Origin: Macrostomum lignano
Taxonomy: Eukaryota
DNA length: 64,000 nucleotides
Reading direction: 5' to 3'
NCBI GenBank assembly: GCA_002269645.1
Contig: NIVC01002006.1
Span: 62,001 to 126,000, forward strand
How positions within the stretch are numbered: position 1 is the stretch's first letter; the number at the start of each line of letters is the position of its first letter. The notes under the pieces were generated by a model. It was not told the origin of the DNA. It worked only from the letters and a program-made list of their open reading frames with translations, and ran no database searches. A program made the position numbers and the translations under genes. This document shows, piece by piece, positions 14,201 to 27,830 of this stretch.

Positions 14201-17200
14201 GTGGGTGACTGGCTGAGGAGTGAGGTGGGTGACTGGCTGAGGAGTGAGGTGGTTGACTGGGTGAGGAGTGAGGTGGGTGACTGGCTGAGGAGTGGGGTGG
14301 GTGACTGGCTGAGGAGTGGGGTGGGTGACTGGCTGAGGAGTGGGGTGGGTGCCTGGGTGGGGTGGGTAGTTGGGTGAGAACTGTGAGGTTAAGATAACTA
14401 AGAAAACGGGATTCACTGCAGAGCCAGATTCACTCATAAAGTTCAATAATAATACGCCTCCAACTTTAGCGCAAGAACTCGGTAGCCCCGACGCCCCACA
14501 CGGTGCACTGGGAGGACGAGCAATCACCGGGCAAGCAGCAGCAGGAGCAGCAGCAGCAGAGCTGTCTAGCAGTGATTCAGGGCGGCTATCACGAGATGAC
14601 CACGACCCCGGATGTGAAGTACAGCCCTGCTGCGGATGCAAAACTGAAGGTGATAGTTTTAAACGTTTGATGGTTACATCAGGGTCAGTTCAGGAGTCTG
14701 TTCCGCGCCAGCGCTGCACTCAAAATATTCGCTCTCTCTTGCCAGCGCCATCAAATTTGCAGTTTTCAATGTGCCGCATAGTTTTTGCCCCAAACTTTAC
14801 TTTCCGCTTATTTTCCAATACTTTCTACTATAAGTAGCTGAAGTAGCAGCTGTTCCTGAAAAAAAATTTGCGCGCAGGCGCCGATCTCTCTGCTGCCGCT
14901 TGCCTCGACTCCCTATCGCCCGCTGGAGGACGAGTCCGCCGCCTCGGCCGCCAAGGACTCTGTCGACGGCGGTGAAGATGCCGCCGCGGCTGACGAGAGG
15001 AAGCCGGCAAAACGGCGTCGGCGAAAAAAACAGCGACCGCTGCCGCAGCTGCCGCCGCTGGTGTCGGCTCCGGCCGGCGGTCTGGCCACGATCCCGGATG
15101 GCGAAGGTGAGGCTTGGAGGCTGGCTAGGGTGGTTTCAGTTTTTTATAAAAACATGTAGTTTGGACGATTTTAGGAGTAGCCTAGTCCATTTTAGGAGTA
15201 GTCTAGTCCATTTTAGGAGTAGCCTAGTCCATTTTAGGAGTAGACTAGTCCATTTTAGGAGTAGACTAGTCCATTTTAGGAGTAGTCTAGTCCATTTTAG
15301 GAGTAGTCTAGTCCATTTTAGGAGTAGACTAGTCCATTTTAGGAGTAGTCTAGTCCATTTTAGGAGTAGACTAGTCCATTTTAGGAGTAGACTAGTCCAT
15401 TTTAGGAGTAGACTAGTCCATTTTAGGAGTAGACTAGTCCATTTTAGGAGTAGTCTAGTCCATTTTAGGAGTAGTCTAGTCCATTTTAGGAGTAGACTAG
15501 TCCATTTTAGGAGTAGACTAGTCCATTTTAGGAGTAGACTAGTCCATTTTAGGAGTAGACTAGTCCATTTTAGGAGTAGAATAGTCCATTTTAGGAGTAG
15601 ACTAGTCCATTTTAGGAGTAGACTAGTCCATTTTAGGAGTAGTTTTACGTCGTACAACCTAAAGGCGATTTTATCAACTTGAGTTAAAAAATCTACTGAA
15701 GCCGGAACACTGCTAATCGTGTGTCGAAAAGGATTTTTCTAAGTTGGCATCAAATTGAGCTTGGTCATATAATAATCTAGCCACATGTTATCATAGGCTG
15801 AGAACTATTTACATGTAGTAAAGTGCATTCAAAATTTTGGTATAAAAATTTTTCTTCATGAAGTTTCTTTGCCGATCTGTGGAACTGAAAGTCAAAGGCT
15901 TGATAAGCTTATCAACCTATCAATTCATCAACCCATCAATCTATCAACCCATCAACCCATCAATCTATTAACCCATCAACCCATCAATCTATCAACCCAT
16001 CAACCCATCAATCTATCAACCCATCAACCCATCAATCTATCAACCCATCAACCCATCAATCTATTAACCCATCAACCCATCAATCTATCAACCCATCAAC
16101 ACATCAATCTATCAACCCATCAACCCATCAATCTATCAACCCATCAACCCATCAATCTATTAACCCATCAACCCATCAATCTATTAACCCATCAACCCAT
16201 CAATCTATCAACCCATCAACCCATCAATCTATCAACCCATCAACCCATCAATCTATCAACCCATCAACCCATCAATCTATTAACCCATCAACCCATCAAT
16301 CTATCAACCCATCAACACATCAATCTATCAACCCATCAACCCATCAATCTATCAACCCATCAACCCATCAATCTATCAACCCATCAACCCATTAATCTAT
16401 TAACCCATCAACCCATCAATCTATCAACCCATCAACCCATCAATCTATCAACCCATCAACCCATCAATCTATCAACCTATCGACCCATCAACCCATCAAC
16501 CCATCAACCCATCAATCTATCAACCCATCAACCCATCAATCTATCAACCCATCAACCCATCAATCTATCAACCCATCAACCCATCAATCTATCAACCCAT
16601 CAACCCATCAATATATCAACCCATCAATCTATCAATCTGGCAAGTAATGCACAAACTTTATTTGATGTTTTTTGGAAGCCAGAAATGAGTTGAACTTTCA
16701 GTTTTGGGTGTGAAGCAGGGTGTTTTATAAATTCGCCTTGGAAACTCATTAATCCGAGAGGTATTTATAGAAATGTTCTGTTCTATCTTTGTCAGCCATG
16801 GCACCTTCTGAAGTTGGCAGTACTCGCGGATTAGCCAAAGCTCACCTTAATGCTTTAGACCGACCTGTCACAGGTAAAACTGGAGTAGTTAATCTGCCTG
16901 AACATCGCGGATTTAATCATCAAAAAGCAGAAATTTTCTGATTGCTTTTGCTTGCTCTGCTTTCAAGCAGTTTTTTCTGCTACTTTGTTTACCGGACGAG
17001 AAGCAAAACTTAGCTGTTCACTAGCGTTAATTGCAACCATTTTGCTATAAAAGCCAGCTGATGGCTTCAGTTCTATACAAGCAGACAAAGCATGCGAAAT
17101 TTCCAAGTTACAAGTTGATTCATATTGAGCTTGAGCTTAATTAAAGATCGCTAAGAGCCTAACTGCCTAATTGTCAAATACTTGCTTTCTAAATTTCGGC

Positions 17201-19190
17201 AGCCTCGCTAATGATATCAATTTATGAGACTCCAGCTGCATCTGCTGGGCTGGAGGTTTCTTTTATAGGTGGTGGTGACATCAAAGAGATGTATGTTTAT
17301 TGTAGCGGCGACATCAAAGAGATGTAGGTTTATTGTAGCGGCGACATCAAAGAGATGTAGGTTTATTGTAGCGGCGACATCAAGAGAGACTGTAGGCTTA
17401 TTGTAGCAGCGACATCAAAGAGATGTAGGTTGATTGTAGCGGCGACATCAAGAGAGACTGTAGGTTTATTGTAGCGGCGACATCAAAGAGATGTAGGTTT
17501 ATTGTAGCGGCGACATCAAGAGAGACTGTAGGTTTATTGTAGCGGCGACATCAAGAGACTGTAGGTTTATTGTAGCGGCGACATCAAAGAGATGTAGGTT
17601 GATTGTAGCGGCGACATCAAGAGAGACTGTAGGCTTATTGTAGCGGCGACATCAAAGAGATGTAGGTTGATTGTAGCGGCGACATCAAGAGAGACTGTAG
17701 GTTTATTGTAGCGGCGACATCAAGAGACTGTAGGTTTATTGTAGCGGCGACATCAAGAGAGACTGTAGGTTTATTGTAGCGGCGACATCAAGAGACTGTA
17801 GGTTTATCGTAGCGGCGACATCAAAGAGATGTAGGTTGATTGTAGCGGCGACATCAAGAGAGACTGTAGGTTTATCGTAGCGGCGACATCAAAGAGATGT
17901 AGGTTGATTGTAGCGGCGACATCAAGAGAGACTGTAGGTTTATCGTAGCGGCGACATCAAAGAGATGTAGGTTGATTGTAGCGGCGACATCAAGAGAGAC
18001 TGTAGGTTTATCGTAGCGGCGACATCAAAGAGATGTAGGTTTATTGTAGCGGCGACATCAAGAGAGACTGTAGGTTTATCGTAGCGGCGACATCAAAGAG
18101 ATGTAGGTTTATTGTAGCGGCGACATCAAGAGAGACTGTAGGTTTATCGTAGCGGCGACATCAAAGAGATGTAGGTTTATTGTAGCGGCGACATCAAGAG
18201 AGACTGTAGGTTTATTGTTGTGGCGACATCAAGAGACTAGGCTTATTATAGCGGTGACATCAAGAGACTGTAGGTTTGAGGTAGCAGCGACATCAAAGAG
18301 TTGTAGGTTTATTGTAGCGGCGACATCAAAGAGCTGTAGGCTTATTGTAGCGGCGACATCCAAGAGTTGTAGGCTTATTGTAGCGGCGACATCGAAGAGC
18401 TGTAGGCTTATTGTAGCGGCGACATCCAAGAGTTGTAGGCTTATTGTAGCGGCGACATCAAAGAGCTGTAGTTTTATTGTAGCGGCGACATCGAAGAGCT
18501 GTAGGCTTATTGTAGCGGCGACATCCAAGAGTTGTAGGCTTATTGTAGCGGCGACATCAAAGAGCTGTAGTTTTATTGTAGCGGCGACATCGAAGAGCTA
18601 TAGGCTTATTGTAGCGGCGACATCAAAGAGTTGTAGGTTTAATGTAGCGGCGACAGTGCCTTTTAGTGCCTTTAGTTTAGAAGGCACTAAAATCTGCAGG
18701 GCAGCATGATGTTTCATTCATTCAGTTAAATCACAAAGCTTGCCTGCTACTAACCAGTTTGGTTCTGTCGGTCGAGTGAACTGTCGCAACAACTAATTCG
18801 CAATGCAAATTTCTAATACAAATTGCAGAGCTGGTCTCCCAACCCAGCGGGGCAGTCAACGGTGCTTTCGTCAGCCACAACGGCAGCAACTCCGGTCACC
18901 CCAGCGGTGTCAATCCAAGCAGCTCAGCCGACCAGCCAGCTGTCGATGACAGCGGAGCGGCCGAGCCGACCAACTTCGCCGACATTCCGTTGGCGAGATC
19001 CACGGGTGCGCTGGACGCCTCGTGGCTCAGCAGCAACAGCACGGCCAGCAGCCTGCAGTCCGTCTCCTTTGGACCGGGCTCGTCCACAAGCAACTTTCCC
19101 GCGGAGAGGCGGGCGGAGATGCGCCTGGCGCTGGGCATCCCGCTGCTGGAGCTGGGAGATCTGTCTGGCAGCAGCTCGAGACTGGCGTGA
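8281..19190 (+). CDS. ZDHHC1/11: DHHC palmitoyltransferase, ZDHHC1/ZDHHC11 subfamily (~616 aa)
   Basis: Exons 8281-8439, 8792-8976, 9501-9605, 9688-9812, 10349-10552, 13119-13420, 14470-14649, 14878-15106 and 18829-19190 are all phase-consistent. Motifs: [26 protein letters not shown]...[43 protein letters not shown]. The tail exons (from 14470) are less certain. Confidence 0.9.
8440..8791 (+). other. U12-type (minor spliceosome) GT-AG intron
   Basis: 5' splice site GTATCCTTTT at 8440; branch site TTTCCTTAAC at 8757-8766; no polypyrimidine tract before the AG at 8790-8791. Confidence 0.8.
8990..9415. repeat. CT-rich degenerate minisatellite (CTCACCCATATCTCCCT-like), ZDHHC intron 2
   Basis: Visible tandem units. 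Confidence 0.85.
9845..10135. repeat. CT-rich degenerate minisatellite (TCTCACCCATCTCTCCCTCAA-like), ZDHHC intron 4
   Basis: Visible tandem units related to the intron 2 array. Confidence 0.85.
10655..11780. repeat. ~20-21-bp minisatellite (AACTGTCACTCCAGATGACT-like)
   Basis: Tandem units with higher-order duplications. Confidence 0.92.
12160..12900. repeat. 20-bp minisatellite (TCCTTATCTGTCACTCACGA)n
   Basis: Tandem units sharing the CTGTCACTC core with the adjacent array. Confidence 0.93.
13460..14375. repeat. 24-bp G-rich minisatellite (GAGGAGTGAGGTGGTTGACTGGCT)n
   Basis: About 37 tandem copies in ZDHHC intron 6. Confidence 0.96.
15170..15640. repeat. 21-bp minisatellite (TAGTCCATTTTAGGAGTAGAC)n
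   Basis: About 22 near-identical copies. Confidence 0.96.
15910..16635. repeat. 24-bp minisatellite (ATCAACCCATCAACCCATCAATCT)n
   Basis: Tandem copies built from 8-bp subunits. Confidence 0.96.
17270..18652. repeat. ~30-36-bp minisatellite (TTATTGTAGCGGCGACATCAAAGAGATGTAGGT-like)
   Basis: About 1.4 kb of tandem copies with alternating variants. Confidence 0.95.
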
Positions 19191-19199
19191 GGGCTTTGA

Positions 19200-19893
19200 A
19201 CCTGTCTGCGTGTCCTCAAAGCCTGTGTCTGTGTGTCCTCAAAGCCTGTGTCTGCGTGTCCTCAAAGCCTGTGTCTGTGTGTCCTCAAAGCCTGTGTCTG
19301 CGTGTCCTCAAAGCCTGTGTCTGTGTGTCCTCAAAGCCTGTGTCTGCGTGTCCTCAAAGCCTGTGTCTGTGTGTCCTCAAAGCCTGTGTCTGCGTGTCCT
19401 CAAAGCCTGTGTCTGCGTGTCCTCAAAGCCTGTGTCTGTGTGTCCTCAAAGCCTGTGTCTGCGTGTCCTCAAAGCCTGTGTCTGTGTGTCCTCAAAGCCT
19501 GTGTCTGTGTGTCCTCAAAGCCTGTGTCTGCGTGTCCTCAAAGCCTGTGTCTGTGTGTCCTCAAAGCCTGTGTCTGCGTGTCCTCAAAGCCTGTGTCTGT
19601 GTGTCCTCAAAGCCTGTGTCTGCGTGTCCTCAAAGGCTGTGTCTGCGTGTCCTCAAAGGCTGTGTCTGCGTGTCCTCAAAGCCTGTGTCTTTGTGTCCTC
19701 AAAGCCTGTGTCTGCGTGTCCTCAAAGCCTGTGTCTGCTTGTCCTCAAAGCATGTGTCTGCGTGTCCTCAAAGGCTGTGTCTGCGTGTCCTCAAAGGCTG
19801 TGTCTGCGTGTCCTCAAAGCCTGTGTCTTTGTGTCCTCAAAGCCTGTGTCTGCTTGTCCTCAAAGCATGTGTCTGCGTGTCCTCAAAGCCTGT
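19200..19893. repeat. 22-bp minisatellite (GTGTCCTCAAAGCCTGTGTCTG)n
   Basis: Begins immediately after the ZDHHC stop codon. Confidence 0.96.
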
Positions 19894-21319
19894 CTGTATG
19901 CCCAGTGTGACTGTCCCGTCTGTTCTTACTGTCGGTCCGTACGACTGTCTCAATTTGAGTCAACAGTGTCAACACCCACCAGTCACATAAGTTTTTTATT
20001 TTGACGCGCCTAAAGCATGAGTGAAGAATCTGACGTTTATATTTTAAATCATAGGATTTTCAGAGCAAGTTACGATTTTCGTTCAATATTATTCATTCAT
20101 TTAGCCAATCTGCATTCGTGTCGAAGCCAGAACTGTAAACAACCTCAGTGTGCTTCTCTGCTTTTCTGCGTTTTCATGTCAACAAGTAACAAATGCAACA
20201 GTGCAGCAGAATAACATGGGTTTGCAAATTATCTCTCTGTACCGAGGTGCACATTGTTGAATGTACTTTGTAGAGTAATTGTAAACATAACATTAATATG
20301 TTGGATTATTCAGAATTGAATCAGTAAGTGGGATGCAGTGCCCGATTGGGGGGTTGAGTGCAGATAAGAAAAGGGCGACTGAGGAGAGAGGTCAGATTGA
20401 AGAGCCAATCAGAGGGCAGCGAGGGAGAGAGATAAGAATAACAAGACTGAACTGGACAGAGAGGGAGAGAGATAAGAATAACAAGACTGAACTTGTCAGA
20501 GAGGGAGAGAGAACAGAGACGAGGGCAGTTGAACTAAAGAAATGACGAGCTCTCCCATCCAGGGTTGCATTGGTTAGTGTACTTAGCACTCGCTCACTTC
20601 TTCACTCCGACATATTTTCCTGTGTTAATTGTCTTAATCTACAAAAAGCAGCCCATCCTCACACTCCAGTCTCTGCTCCGCTCAATTGTGCATGTTGAAT
20701 TGCGATAATCAGGTTAGAAACAAAACGAACCGACAAAGCGATACGAGCTACTAAACAGCTAAACATGGTGTCAACTTGTTTTGTAAACGTGCTTCAAGTT
20801 ATATCTTTTGCTGTAATCTTCTCAGTTTGTTTAGTTTTACGTGTTGAAACAAAACAATGTTTTTAGTGTTTCAATCACATACAGTTTGTTACTTTGTTGC
20901 TATTTCAATATTCTCAGCCACTGACGTCTTCGCCCAGTATTTTGTCATGATTCGTGTGTAATTTTATTCTTATTTATAATAATAACTAAATGGAATAGCT
21001 TTTCCAACTAAAAATTTGTCAATTTTTTGTAAATTTTGTCTTTGAACAAGCAATTTCATAATTGACTTGCTCAGCAGAAGTCCTGAGCGTTCTGTTTGGC
21101 TAAAGCAATCTTTATCACCAAATATACACATTATATAATTTTATTTTCAAGTGTGCTATGTCAGCCCCGGAGAGCTTTTTAAATATGCCAATACAAGAAA
21201 ATTAAAACGAATTGATTTAAGCTCTTTATACTTCATTGAAATACAATTAATGAGATGGTTTGCACAGTGTTTGTTTGGGCTTGCTGTTTGGGGTTTGTGC
21301 ACTCGCTAAAGGATATTCT

Positions 21320-21770
21320 GGGGTGGGTTCTGGCGGTAAGGGGTTGTATGGACTGGGTGAGGGTGGGGGCTGGCGGTTAGGGGATGTATGGACTGGGTGA
21401 GGGTGGGGCTGGTGGTAAGGGATTGTATGGACTGGGTGAGGGTGGGGGCTGGCGGTAAGGGGTTGTATGGACTGGGTGAGGGTGGGGGCTGGCGGTAAGG
21501 GGTTGTATGGACTGGGTGAGGGTGGGGGCTGGCGGTTAGTTAGGGGATGTATGGACTGGGTGAGGGTGGGGGCTGGCGGTAAGGGGTTGTATGGACTGGG
21601 TGAGGGTTGGGGCTGGCGGTAGGGGGTTGTATGGACTGGGTGAGGTTGGGGGCTGGCGGTAGGGGGTGTGTTGACTGGGTGAGAGGTGGGGGCTTGCGGG
21701 AAGGGGGTGTGTTGGCTGGGTGAGGGTGGGGGCTGGCGGTAAGGGGGTTCGTACACATGGGTGGGGCTGG
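21320..21770. repeat. 40-bp G-rich minisatellite (TGTATGGACTGGGTGAGGGTGGGGGCTGGCGGTAAGGGGT)n
   Basis: About 11 copies with multiple G-runs. Confidence 0.93.
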
Positions 21771-22379
21771 CTGTTAGTCATCTGTGGTGCTGGCTGTAAG
21801 TCAGCTTTTAGTCAGCTAGTATTGCTAAAATCAAGAACCCAAAAAGAAATACGAGTAGGTCATTACACAGGCATTTGTTATTTACAAAATGGATAGATAG
21901 AGAGAAAACAGTCTATTTTACGAGTACTTAAATATTCCACCTTTCTTGTTTTAATACTCAATGCGAAACAATTAAAAGTTCGTGCAATTGACATTCTGCA
22001 CCCTGTAGTGACAGCTAGTCTGCATACTTAAGTGAAATTTTACACCCAAGGCTATCTGCAGCATCTGGCCGTGAAATTAAAGCAGATTTGGACCCTTGAC
22101 CTCCGTTTTACCTCGTCGAGCTTTCTTGCACTTTTAATTCCATTGCCAATCCCACTGATCCCAGATGAAGCTAATATGAACTCAAGCGAGGGTCTGAGAA
22201 GTCAGGAGATCGCCCTCCAGAGCAGCTTTGGGGAAACTCATGTTGGAGAATTAAGCCGACATGGCAAATTGATCACCCGGAAATCCCGGGAGAGATGAAA
22301 CTCTGCCTGTTGCCTGGCTTGTAAAAGCAGCTGTCTGCTTCAAATGCCAGCGGAGTTTTCTATGCAGCCCAAAAGTATT

Positions 22380-23436
<1,057 letters not shown>

Positions 23437-23920
23437 TGTATTTCCGATAATTTTAATGAACAACAAATTACCAGTAAAAAAGCTCGTAAGCCATGTTTGC
23501 TTTAATTTATTCTAACGGCCTACAAGTTCGTCACAATTCAGTCACCTCATTTCCTGTACCGGGGTCAGTTGGGGTCAAAAGGTCAGTTTGTGTCTTAAAT
23601 AAAAAGCAAAAAGGTACTACCTACTCAACAAAAACGAGGAATGTCACAGGGGCACAGCGGCCCTGACTTTCGACTTTCGACTTTCGAGCGGCCCTGGCTG
23701 TGAATCGTACACCAGCCCCAAATGAATGTGGCAGCGCACAGAATCGAACCTGGGATCGCAGTGCGAGAGTCGGACGCTGAGCTGCTCTGTCATTCAAGGT
23801 TTCGGCCATGCGAGGTTATCAGGGGTCTGGGTCATCTGAGAAGCATAAGATGTCAATCGAGTCGCTGTCGAGTTTTACTCTGGGTCCGAGGCTCCCCCAA
23901 GCCGGACCCCGAGTCCGCAG

Positions 23921-25398
23921 TCACTGGCGGCAGCGGTGCCGCAGGCTCCGAAGCCGGCTGTACAAATCGTTGCGGAATTTCTTGGCGGCCAGACAGTAAA
24001 AGAAGAAATTGCTGGAGTGGTTGAGGTACATCAGCAGCTCGGCACAGGCCTGGATCAGCTGGTAGCGCGAGTAGAATTCCCGGTTGTTGTTGGCGGTGGA
24101 GTCGATCACGGAGGACAGCGAGCTGAGCACTTTGAGCACCGTGATGGGCAGGCTGGTGACGATGAAGAAGCACGAGACCAGCAGCAGCATGACGGTGACC
24201 TGGTTGACGCACTTGTGGAAGCTGTTGTTGCGCACGAGGCGACGGACCCTGGACTGCATGTCCTGGAGCTCCGTTGCCGCCTGCATCTCGCGATTGTACC
24301 TGCGGCGCGAGCTGTAGATCCGGTAAATGATGACGACGTTGCACACCACGATGAGCAGGATGGGGATCAGAGAGTAGAGCAGGAAGTCCAGCCAGGCCAG
24401 GGGCTGCTTGAGATGAACTAGCAGGCTCGGGCGCAGGTAGCAGATGGTGTGAGTCCGGTTAGAGTCCGGGTGCCACAGGAACGAGTAGATGTCCAGCACG
24501 AAGAACCAGTGGATGTTGATGATCAAGCACCCGATGAAGAGGCCGAGGATGATCCGGCGGGCGCGAGCCACCGCGGTGTTGAGCACGGGCATCCGCGAGT
24601 ACAGCACGAACAGCCGCTCGATGGTAACCGCGGCAATCAAATAGACGCTCAGGTAGGTTGATGACGTCGATAGGAAGTTGCCGCCGATGCAGATCACGAT
24701 GCTAAGCTTGGCGCAGTCGTCACCGATTAGGGCAGAGATCCACGACTTGAGCAGACCGCTAATCAGTGTCACCTGCGGGACCGGAGGGTAAAAAGCCACG
24801 GTGAGTTGTGCAATGAAATCGGCTGAGCAAATTGGAGCGGCTGGATGCGGTGAGCTGGTGGGTGCAGTGAGGTGGTGGGTGCAGTGGGGGTGGGTGCAGT
24901 GAGGTGGTGGGTGTAGTGGGTGGTGGGTGTAGTGGATGGTGGGTGCAGTGAGGTGGTGGGTGCAGTGAGGTGGTGGGTGCAGTGAGGTGGTGGGTGCAGT
25001 GAGGTGGTGGGTGCAGTGAGGTGGTGGATGCAGTGAGGTGGTGGGTGCAGTGAGGTGGTGGGTGCAGTGAGGTGGTGGGTGTAGTGGGTGGTGGGTGTAG
25101 TGAGGTGGTGGGTGCAGTGAGGTGGTGGGTGCAGTGAGGTGGTGGGTGCAGTGAGGTAGTGGGTGAAGTGAGCCCCAAGAGCAGCCAATCACATCACCTG
25201 ATCAGCCGCACTGAGCGCCAGCAGGTAATTGTGGGTGCCATTTTTGTCAATCCGGTGGGTCAGAATCCAGGCGGATAGGGAGTTTGCCACCGAGCCAATC
25301 AGCAGCAGGATGGGGCTGCCGACCCACTGGATCCACTTGGCCGCTCGGAACGCCGCATGCTCGTCGAACATTGGCACTTCGAAGCTGGCCAGCGACAT
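23921..25398 (-). CDS. Class A (rhodopsin-like) orphan GPCR, FMRFamide/peptide-receptor-like (~350 aa)
   Basis: Exons 25398-25198 and 24772-23921, phase 0. Seven hydrophobic segments: TM1 GSVANSL, TM2 LSAAD, TM3 TIERL (DRY variant), TM5 IPILLIVVCN, TM6 FFIVTSLP, TM7 LNHSSNFFFYC (NPxxY variant), followed by KKFR of helix 8. Confidence 0.9.
24850..25165. repeat. 17-bp minisatellite (GTGCAGTGAGGTGGTGG)n in the GPCR intron
   Basis: Directly visible. Confidence 0.93.
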
Positions 25399-26850
25399 CA
25401 AGGATGCTGAGGTTGAGGCGTAGGATCAATTTAAAACGTTTTAAAACGTGTGGTCTGAGCTTGGAGCACAGTTGCTTAATGTTATCCCCATCTCGCCGCG
25501 AGCTCAGGAAATCTAGTTAACGCAAATGAACCCTAATTTCGGCGGGTTCCCAATTGGCCGGTAAAAGCTCAAAAAATTTCCTGTTCATGTCTGTCCTAAT
25601 GTAACCAACCTGAATTTATTATTTATTTCGCGGGAAAAATTATGCCAAGAAGTTATGCAAAAATGATCCAAATCATTAAACTATTTTCAAAGCCAAATGC
25701 TGGGAGCCAAAATTTATCATTTGCAGAATTTTTGTCAAAAATGGGTCACGTGACATGTATTATGCTAAGGGCATAGAAATAATCATTTTTCATTGCAAGT
25801 ATGCCAAAAAATCGTATTTAGCCCTATCATGACTGTGGCACAAATACCAGAGCCTCACTCCGTCCCCGGCGCTTCCTGAGCTGAGTAGGCTTTGACGAGT
25901 CGCCCCGAGAAAGAGAGAGAGGGAAAAGCTCTCTGGTGCATTCGTGGCATAATTCTGGAGCACACTGGCAACCGTGTTCCACGCGACAGCCGATGCCGGC
26001 ATTATAGAAAAAGTTGTAAAACTCTGCTTTGACACGCAAAGGTAAGTCAAGAGCAGGTGAATCCAGTTCATACATATTTTACTAAAAAACAATTTCGAGT
26101 CCAACCGGATCTAAAGAGCGCCGTAAAAGCTCAGACAAAACAGGAAAAAACCTCGGAAATGATGCAGTTGACAGAATCGAGATCAAAGCCTGTCGCTGAT
26201 CTTGCAGCGGTTAACAAACCTCCCCCTCCCCCAGTCTCCTGTACCATTCAGTCAGGTATTTACGCATTAAAACTGATCAAAAATTCAGTTTCGGGCTTCT
26301 GGAACTGCCGCCTGATGCACAGTAGGGATACCGTTGGGACGCGGTGAGTGCTGAATGTAGAATGTTAATGAGTAATGACTTGGTCTGGCTCTCGCTTGCT
26401 TACTAAAATATACGGCCAAGAAAATGGGCCTGCATTTATGCCTGTCTTTCTGTCCTGTCTTCATGCCCGTCTGTCCTAATTTCTTTCTGTGCTCTGTCGA
26501 AAGCGGCCGACTGTGATCATTTGAAGAGTCGACTAGAAGCACATTGGTAGGACACTGAAGGCTCGTAAGGTTCAATGGCTCCGCATTTCTTGTCGACTAC
26601 TTTGAAAGGAAATTAATTGCAGTTGGTACAGGCTGAAGTTCGGGGCTCCATTCCGGTTCAAGTTCACCCCCTTCATCGATAAGAAGACACGAACAGTTGA
26701 AGCAAAATGCCGCCGGTGATCGCTCCGAAATGCAATGATCAGATGGCATTAAGTTTTCCCCCACCTTCTGGACTTCCCAAATTCCAAATGAAGCGAGCAT
26801 GTGTTTCGTTCGAGCTGCACTCAACAAGTTTGTCAAACTGTCTGTTCCTG

Positions 26851-27258
26851 CATTGTCGGCTGATTCTCCGTGCACGAATGGATGTCTATGGTAAAATCTC
26901 ACTGAAAAAGCATTGGCCGCAGAATATAGCTTTTTGCAGCCCATTTGGGCCTACGCGCATTGAATTTAATCCAAGATATGTTTGCCAAAGCAATGATATA
27001 TTCCTGCATGGTCACGAGTGCGGGAATGACATATGCACGAGTGCGCGCTAGCGCACGAGTGCACGATGTCCTTCACGCACGAGTGAACGTGAAGGAATTC
27101 CATTGTCGGATGATTCATCGTGCAGGAATGCACAAAACCGTGCAGGAATGCATTTCTGCGCCTAATGCTTTTTCAGTGAGATTTTACCATAGACATCCAT
27201 TCCTGCACGCAAAAGAGTGCAAGAATGTCATTCCTGCATGGAAAATCAGCCGACAATG
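26851..27258. mobile_element. MITE/foldback-like element with ~75-bp inverted arms
   Basis: 26851-26923 (CATTGTCGGCTGATT...GGATGTCTATGGTAAAATCTCACTGAAAAAGCATT) is the reverse complement of 27154-27258 apart from an ~31-nt internal duplication. No TSD seen. Confidence 0.65.
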
Positions 27259-27399
27259 GAGCTTTTGTCTATGGTAGCAAGGCTGGCACAGCGGCATTTG
27301 ATTTGGCCCAAAAAGCGTCAAATTGGTCGATAGCTACATTTGCAACTGCTGTGGAGAAGCAAGATCAGCCCCAGAATTGTGGACCATATGCTAGGCTAT

Positions 27400-27830
27400 T
27401 GAATGAATTTCATTGGCTTGTGATCGAAGCACTTGACAGAGGTGAACACCCAAAGTACATTGCAAGGTTGCTGAATGTAAAAGAAAAGATGGATTACAGC
27501 ATCCAGCAGCGCGTTGGAACTCTCCCGGCAGAGATTGCCTGCGAAAGGGTGGCAATCGCCAAGGAAAGTTGCTCGAGAGCCTCAAGTCCAACTGGCTACT
27601 CGATGCCGTTGAGACGAACCCTTTATTGACGTTGCATAAAATGCAGCAGAAGTTAAATGAACAGTTCCAGTTGATTATCAGATTTCTACTATCAGCAGAG
27701 CTCTGGAAAAGCGACTAAAAATTGTTGGTAGAGACGCTGACATTCAAGCGGTGCGCAACAACCTGCAGACGGTTGTGAGAAGGCGAGAGTTTGTCCAATG
27801 GCTCAATGAATCCAAATTTAAAATTAAATT
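27400..27830 (+). pseudogene. Degenerate IS630/Tc1-mariner transposase, N-terminal HTH region
   Basis: Frameshifted segments LVIEALDRGEHPKYIARLLNVKEK and LLDAVETNPLLTLHKMQQKLNEQF...ISTISRALEKRL match the paired/winged-HTH pattern of this superfamily. No catalytic region found. Confidence 0.5.

Noticed and set aside
13517-14641. 374-aa PVTHPTPQ mucin-like ORF (-) and VDWLRSG-repeat ORF (+)
   Set aside because: A 24-bp minisatellite inside ZDHHC intron 6.
18823-20004. Cys-rich CPQSLCLRVLKAC ORFs resembling metallothionein or keratin-associated proteins
   Set aside because: A 22-bp repeat open in several frames, downstream of the ZDHHC stop.
23560-23586. GGGTCA/AGGTCA direct repeats resembling a nuclear-receptor element
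   Set aside because: Short motifs with no promoter context; expected by chance.
23853-24661. Overlapping ORFs on both strands within the GPCR
   Set aside because: Shadow ORFs caused by GC-rich codon usage of the real GPCR exon.
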